A stretch of DNA of 64,000 nucleotides from Phoronis australis (taxonomy: Eukaryota > Animalia > Phoronida), in contig NMRA01000684.1 in NCBI GenBank assembly GCA_002633005.1, forward strand, positions 1-64,000, given 5' to 3'. The notes beneath the pieces were generated by a model that did not search any database, was not told where the DNA came from, and worked only from the letters and a program-made list of their open reading frames with translations. A program made the translations under genes and the position numbers. Positions within the stretch are counted from its first letter, which is position 1. Each line of letters starts with the position of its first letter. Below, piece after piece: positions 61,501 through 64,000 of the stretch.

Positions 61501-63807
61501 CACTGAAAGCGGCCATCACCATCTCTTTGGAAGTTCGCTATTTCATAGCGCTCGGGCCCACCGCCGCTCTTCTCAAAGTATGACTTCACGAGTCCCTCAC
61601 TTCGATCACGAAGGTCTGCAATCATACGTGATGGTGTATATATAGAAGTTTACTTTGACGTCAAATCTAAATGAAAAGTGATACACAAGCATGAGTTTTA
61701 CCCACAATGCAACGCATAAGGCTGGATGCTTTTTGTAAAAACGTTACCAGCGAATGGAACGAGATTTCGCAAGGCCTGGTTTTGCCGTCGAGACGTTGAC
61801 CTTGAGTAAAAAGGCACTCCAGCTTTCATTAATAACAATCGTGTTAGTGACAAGCTTCACAGCGAGCCGGTGTCAAGCAGATGAAACTGCCGATTCCACG
61901 TTTACAAATTAAGAAATTACAATGAAAGCAGCTTTATACACTTCCCGTCACATCTGAGGATATTTTTTCTCCCCCAAACGCCGGCGCAAAAAATAAGAAA
62001 TGACAGCTCTTATACTGAAGACTTTTTGTATGTACCATACGCACTGATATGTTGTTTGGTCTCCTCCCGCATTGACGGTATCTATGGTGGGCGTTATTTC
62101 TTACCAATGAATTTGTTATTTTGGAGATACTCGAGGACTTTCGTTCCATTGTGAATGGCCGTTTTCATCTCACCGCACATTCCTTCGAAATTTTGTCCAC
62201 AGATGTCAACGTGCATTTTCTGAAATGAATGCATACGCTGAGTTCCTTGAAGCTAAAGTAAGCTTTCTCACTGGAATTAACTATGTTGCTAAGAAACGGG
62301 CAGAATATAACATTGCTCATATCTAAAGGGGTTCGACAAAGTTTTAATTTATCGTTGATTTAAAAAACATGTTTCATTTTGTATTTTGGTCTCTGCCTGC
62401 TACAAACCTGCAATCTGGTTCATCGAATTTCTTACGACGTCGTAAGTTTTTTTTATTTTATACACACGTTGTGTTCTCTGTCGAATTATAAAAAGTATGA
62501 CGTCACCGACTAAGAGTCACATACAGTACTCAAATTGACTAAGTTCTTAAAACCGCGCCAATTTCTTGATATCAATAATCTCAAACGAGAATTTCAAATT
62601 TGCTGTAGTCACACGTAATGCCTAGGCTATGGTTTGCCTGTTGTTTTGTACAATAAAAATGAAAGATCATCATTTTTCAAATTAAATAATAATGTTTTCA
62701 GCAAACTGCGTAGAACCCCCGCAACAGAATGCAAATCTAATTTTAGAGCTCGTCCAAGTAAGCAATTACAAATGGCTAATAGTTGTGTCTACCGTGTCAC
62801 TCAACTTCCTTTAAAGTTTCTTCTAAACACATAAACCGCATTCAAATGTGCGCAAATTGCTCATTCAAACCTACATTTTAATAGGGCAAATTCAGTATAA
62901 AATAAAAAAATTATTGTTGATGGGACGTAAGGTATATAATTGCCAATTGCCAGCTAGAAAATTGTTTACCTGGAGCATTTTGCTATACGCCATGACAGCG
63001 GTGTGCGCTTGAAGTATAAGAGGTTCTTGTTTCTGCAATTGATCACTCATTCGAGGAACCTCGTTACCCGTACAGTTCTTTTTATAGTGACAGTTGTGCG
63101 GTGTCCTCGTCTGCCTGTCTGCAGATTCGTACCTGTAAAAACCACAGAAGTTTTGGTGCGATTGCAGAAATTGATTAGTTGACTCGCCGCTTGCACATGT
63201 AGCGGCTTAGAAATGTTCTCTGCACACCTTTATTCACAGTAACTCCAGAAGTAACGACTTGTAAAGTTACGTTACAAACGAATGCTCCTGTACACAACGC
63301 AATGATTTCCATGGCCTTCTCACTGAGAAATTGTAACTTTACAGTCATTTTAACTTAAGGCATATTTAAAATTAAACCAGTCTTCTACTAAAAATAAAAA
63401 TGGAACTTTTTAGGAACTTATAATCTCGTTCAAACCTGCTTTATATCTCACACAAAGTCAAAATGGATTAGATGTCACCATAGGCTTAACGAGTATCTAT
63501 GATGCCACAGGTGTAAATCATGCTTAGGCCTACAACCAAAAAGATCTCATTTTTAGGAAAATAAGCACCGGTGTAGCGATTTCACTAGGCATGGTAGTTT
63601 CAACACGAACACTCTCGAGTATTGCGAGAACATGTATTTAAGCGCGTACCTGTTCGAAAGCAAATCTTACCTGCAGTCAAATGTTTCCTCCCAATACTCA
63701 GCAAACCAGGGGTTTCGTTTGTTGGACGCTGGGCGCAGCTGGTTGAATTTTTTTGTGAAAGACTGGAATGGCGCCGCGAAAGGCTGTACGACTATGGCGC
63801 CCTCTAA
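55503..63807 (-). CDS. Metabotropic glutamate receptor-like class C GPCR, 3' part (5' exons lie beyond the window)
   Basis: Exons (minus): 63671-63807, 62970-63132, 62105-62219, 61464-61615, 57579-58695 and probable terminal exon 55503-55705, with matching phases. Venus flytrap C-terminal part (NKRNPWFAEYWEETFDC; RYEIANFQ...WVKVG), cysteine-rich domain (PQSICSKPC...CCWNC), 7TM ([74 protein letters not shown]). Confidence 0.93.
56410..56720. repeat. Dispersed repeat, inverted partner of 49990-50311
   Basis: Reverse-complement similarity over ~300 bp, seen by eye. Confidence 0.75.
56922..57065. mobile_element. ~144-bp MITE with TGATACGCC TIRs and internal GTAAAATGTAACAA repeats
   Basis: tgatacgccgtaaaatgtaacaatttcgtaaaatgtaacaact ... 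agttgttacattttacgaaattgttacattttatggcgtatca (near-perfect ~43-bp TIR). Confidence 0.85.
61146..61281. mobile_element. MITE copy of the GGTAGAGTTCAGTA family in an mGluR-like intron
   Basis: ttcagtaacgctaggacctcgctaaaa...cgcgagattac...ggtcctagcgtaggtcct...ctactgaa; homologous to 10079-10228. Confidence 0.65.
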
Positions 63808-64000
63808 CTGTGAATTAAAATGAAAATACACCAATGAAAACTTGAGTAAGGTGTAGCAAAACTATTAAACGGAAATAATCGTTTCATAAATGATGTGGTA
63901 CTTTCATGTCTGCTGGCTCATGCACCTATATTTGTAGCTGCGCATATAACCGGAAACAGTCCCATGCGCCCATGCGCGAAGCATTTTAGTAAAGCCGTGA

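Overview
Eukaryotic (animal, probably invertebrate bilaterian; species not determinable) genomic DNA with spliced genes. From manual exon reconstruction with consistent splice phases: a 5'-truncated CR1/L2-group LINE (~607-1884, -); the first coding exon of an unidentified gene (4132-4491, -); a complete 20-exon REV1 translesion polymerase gene (7135-24687, -) head-to-head with a 5-exon CPLANE2/RSG1 small GTPase gene (25841-31764, +), whose last intron is a U12-type (minor spliceosome) intron; a ~10 kb repeat and transposon block (33.5-43.2 kb: ~100-bp satellite with a solo LTR, a 110-bp hairpin tandem repeat, a dead Harbinger transposase, a deleted BEL/Pao element, a SWIM+YqaJ exonuclease remnant); a complete ZGLP1-like GATA zinc-finger gene (47439-52903, -); and the 3' part of a metabotropic glutamate receptor-like class C GPCR (55503-63807, -) that appears to lack the conserved glutamate gamma-carboxylate-binding lysine. 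Introns hold a Penelope remnant with degenerate hammerhead motifs, a THAP-bearing TIR element and several MITE families. I found no clearly new multi-gene system; the best leads are the divergent class C receptor, the U12 intron, the invertebrate ZGLP1 and the THAP/YqaJ/Harbinger and 5-bp-TSD transposon traces.
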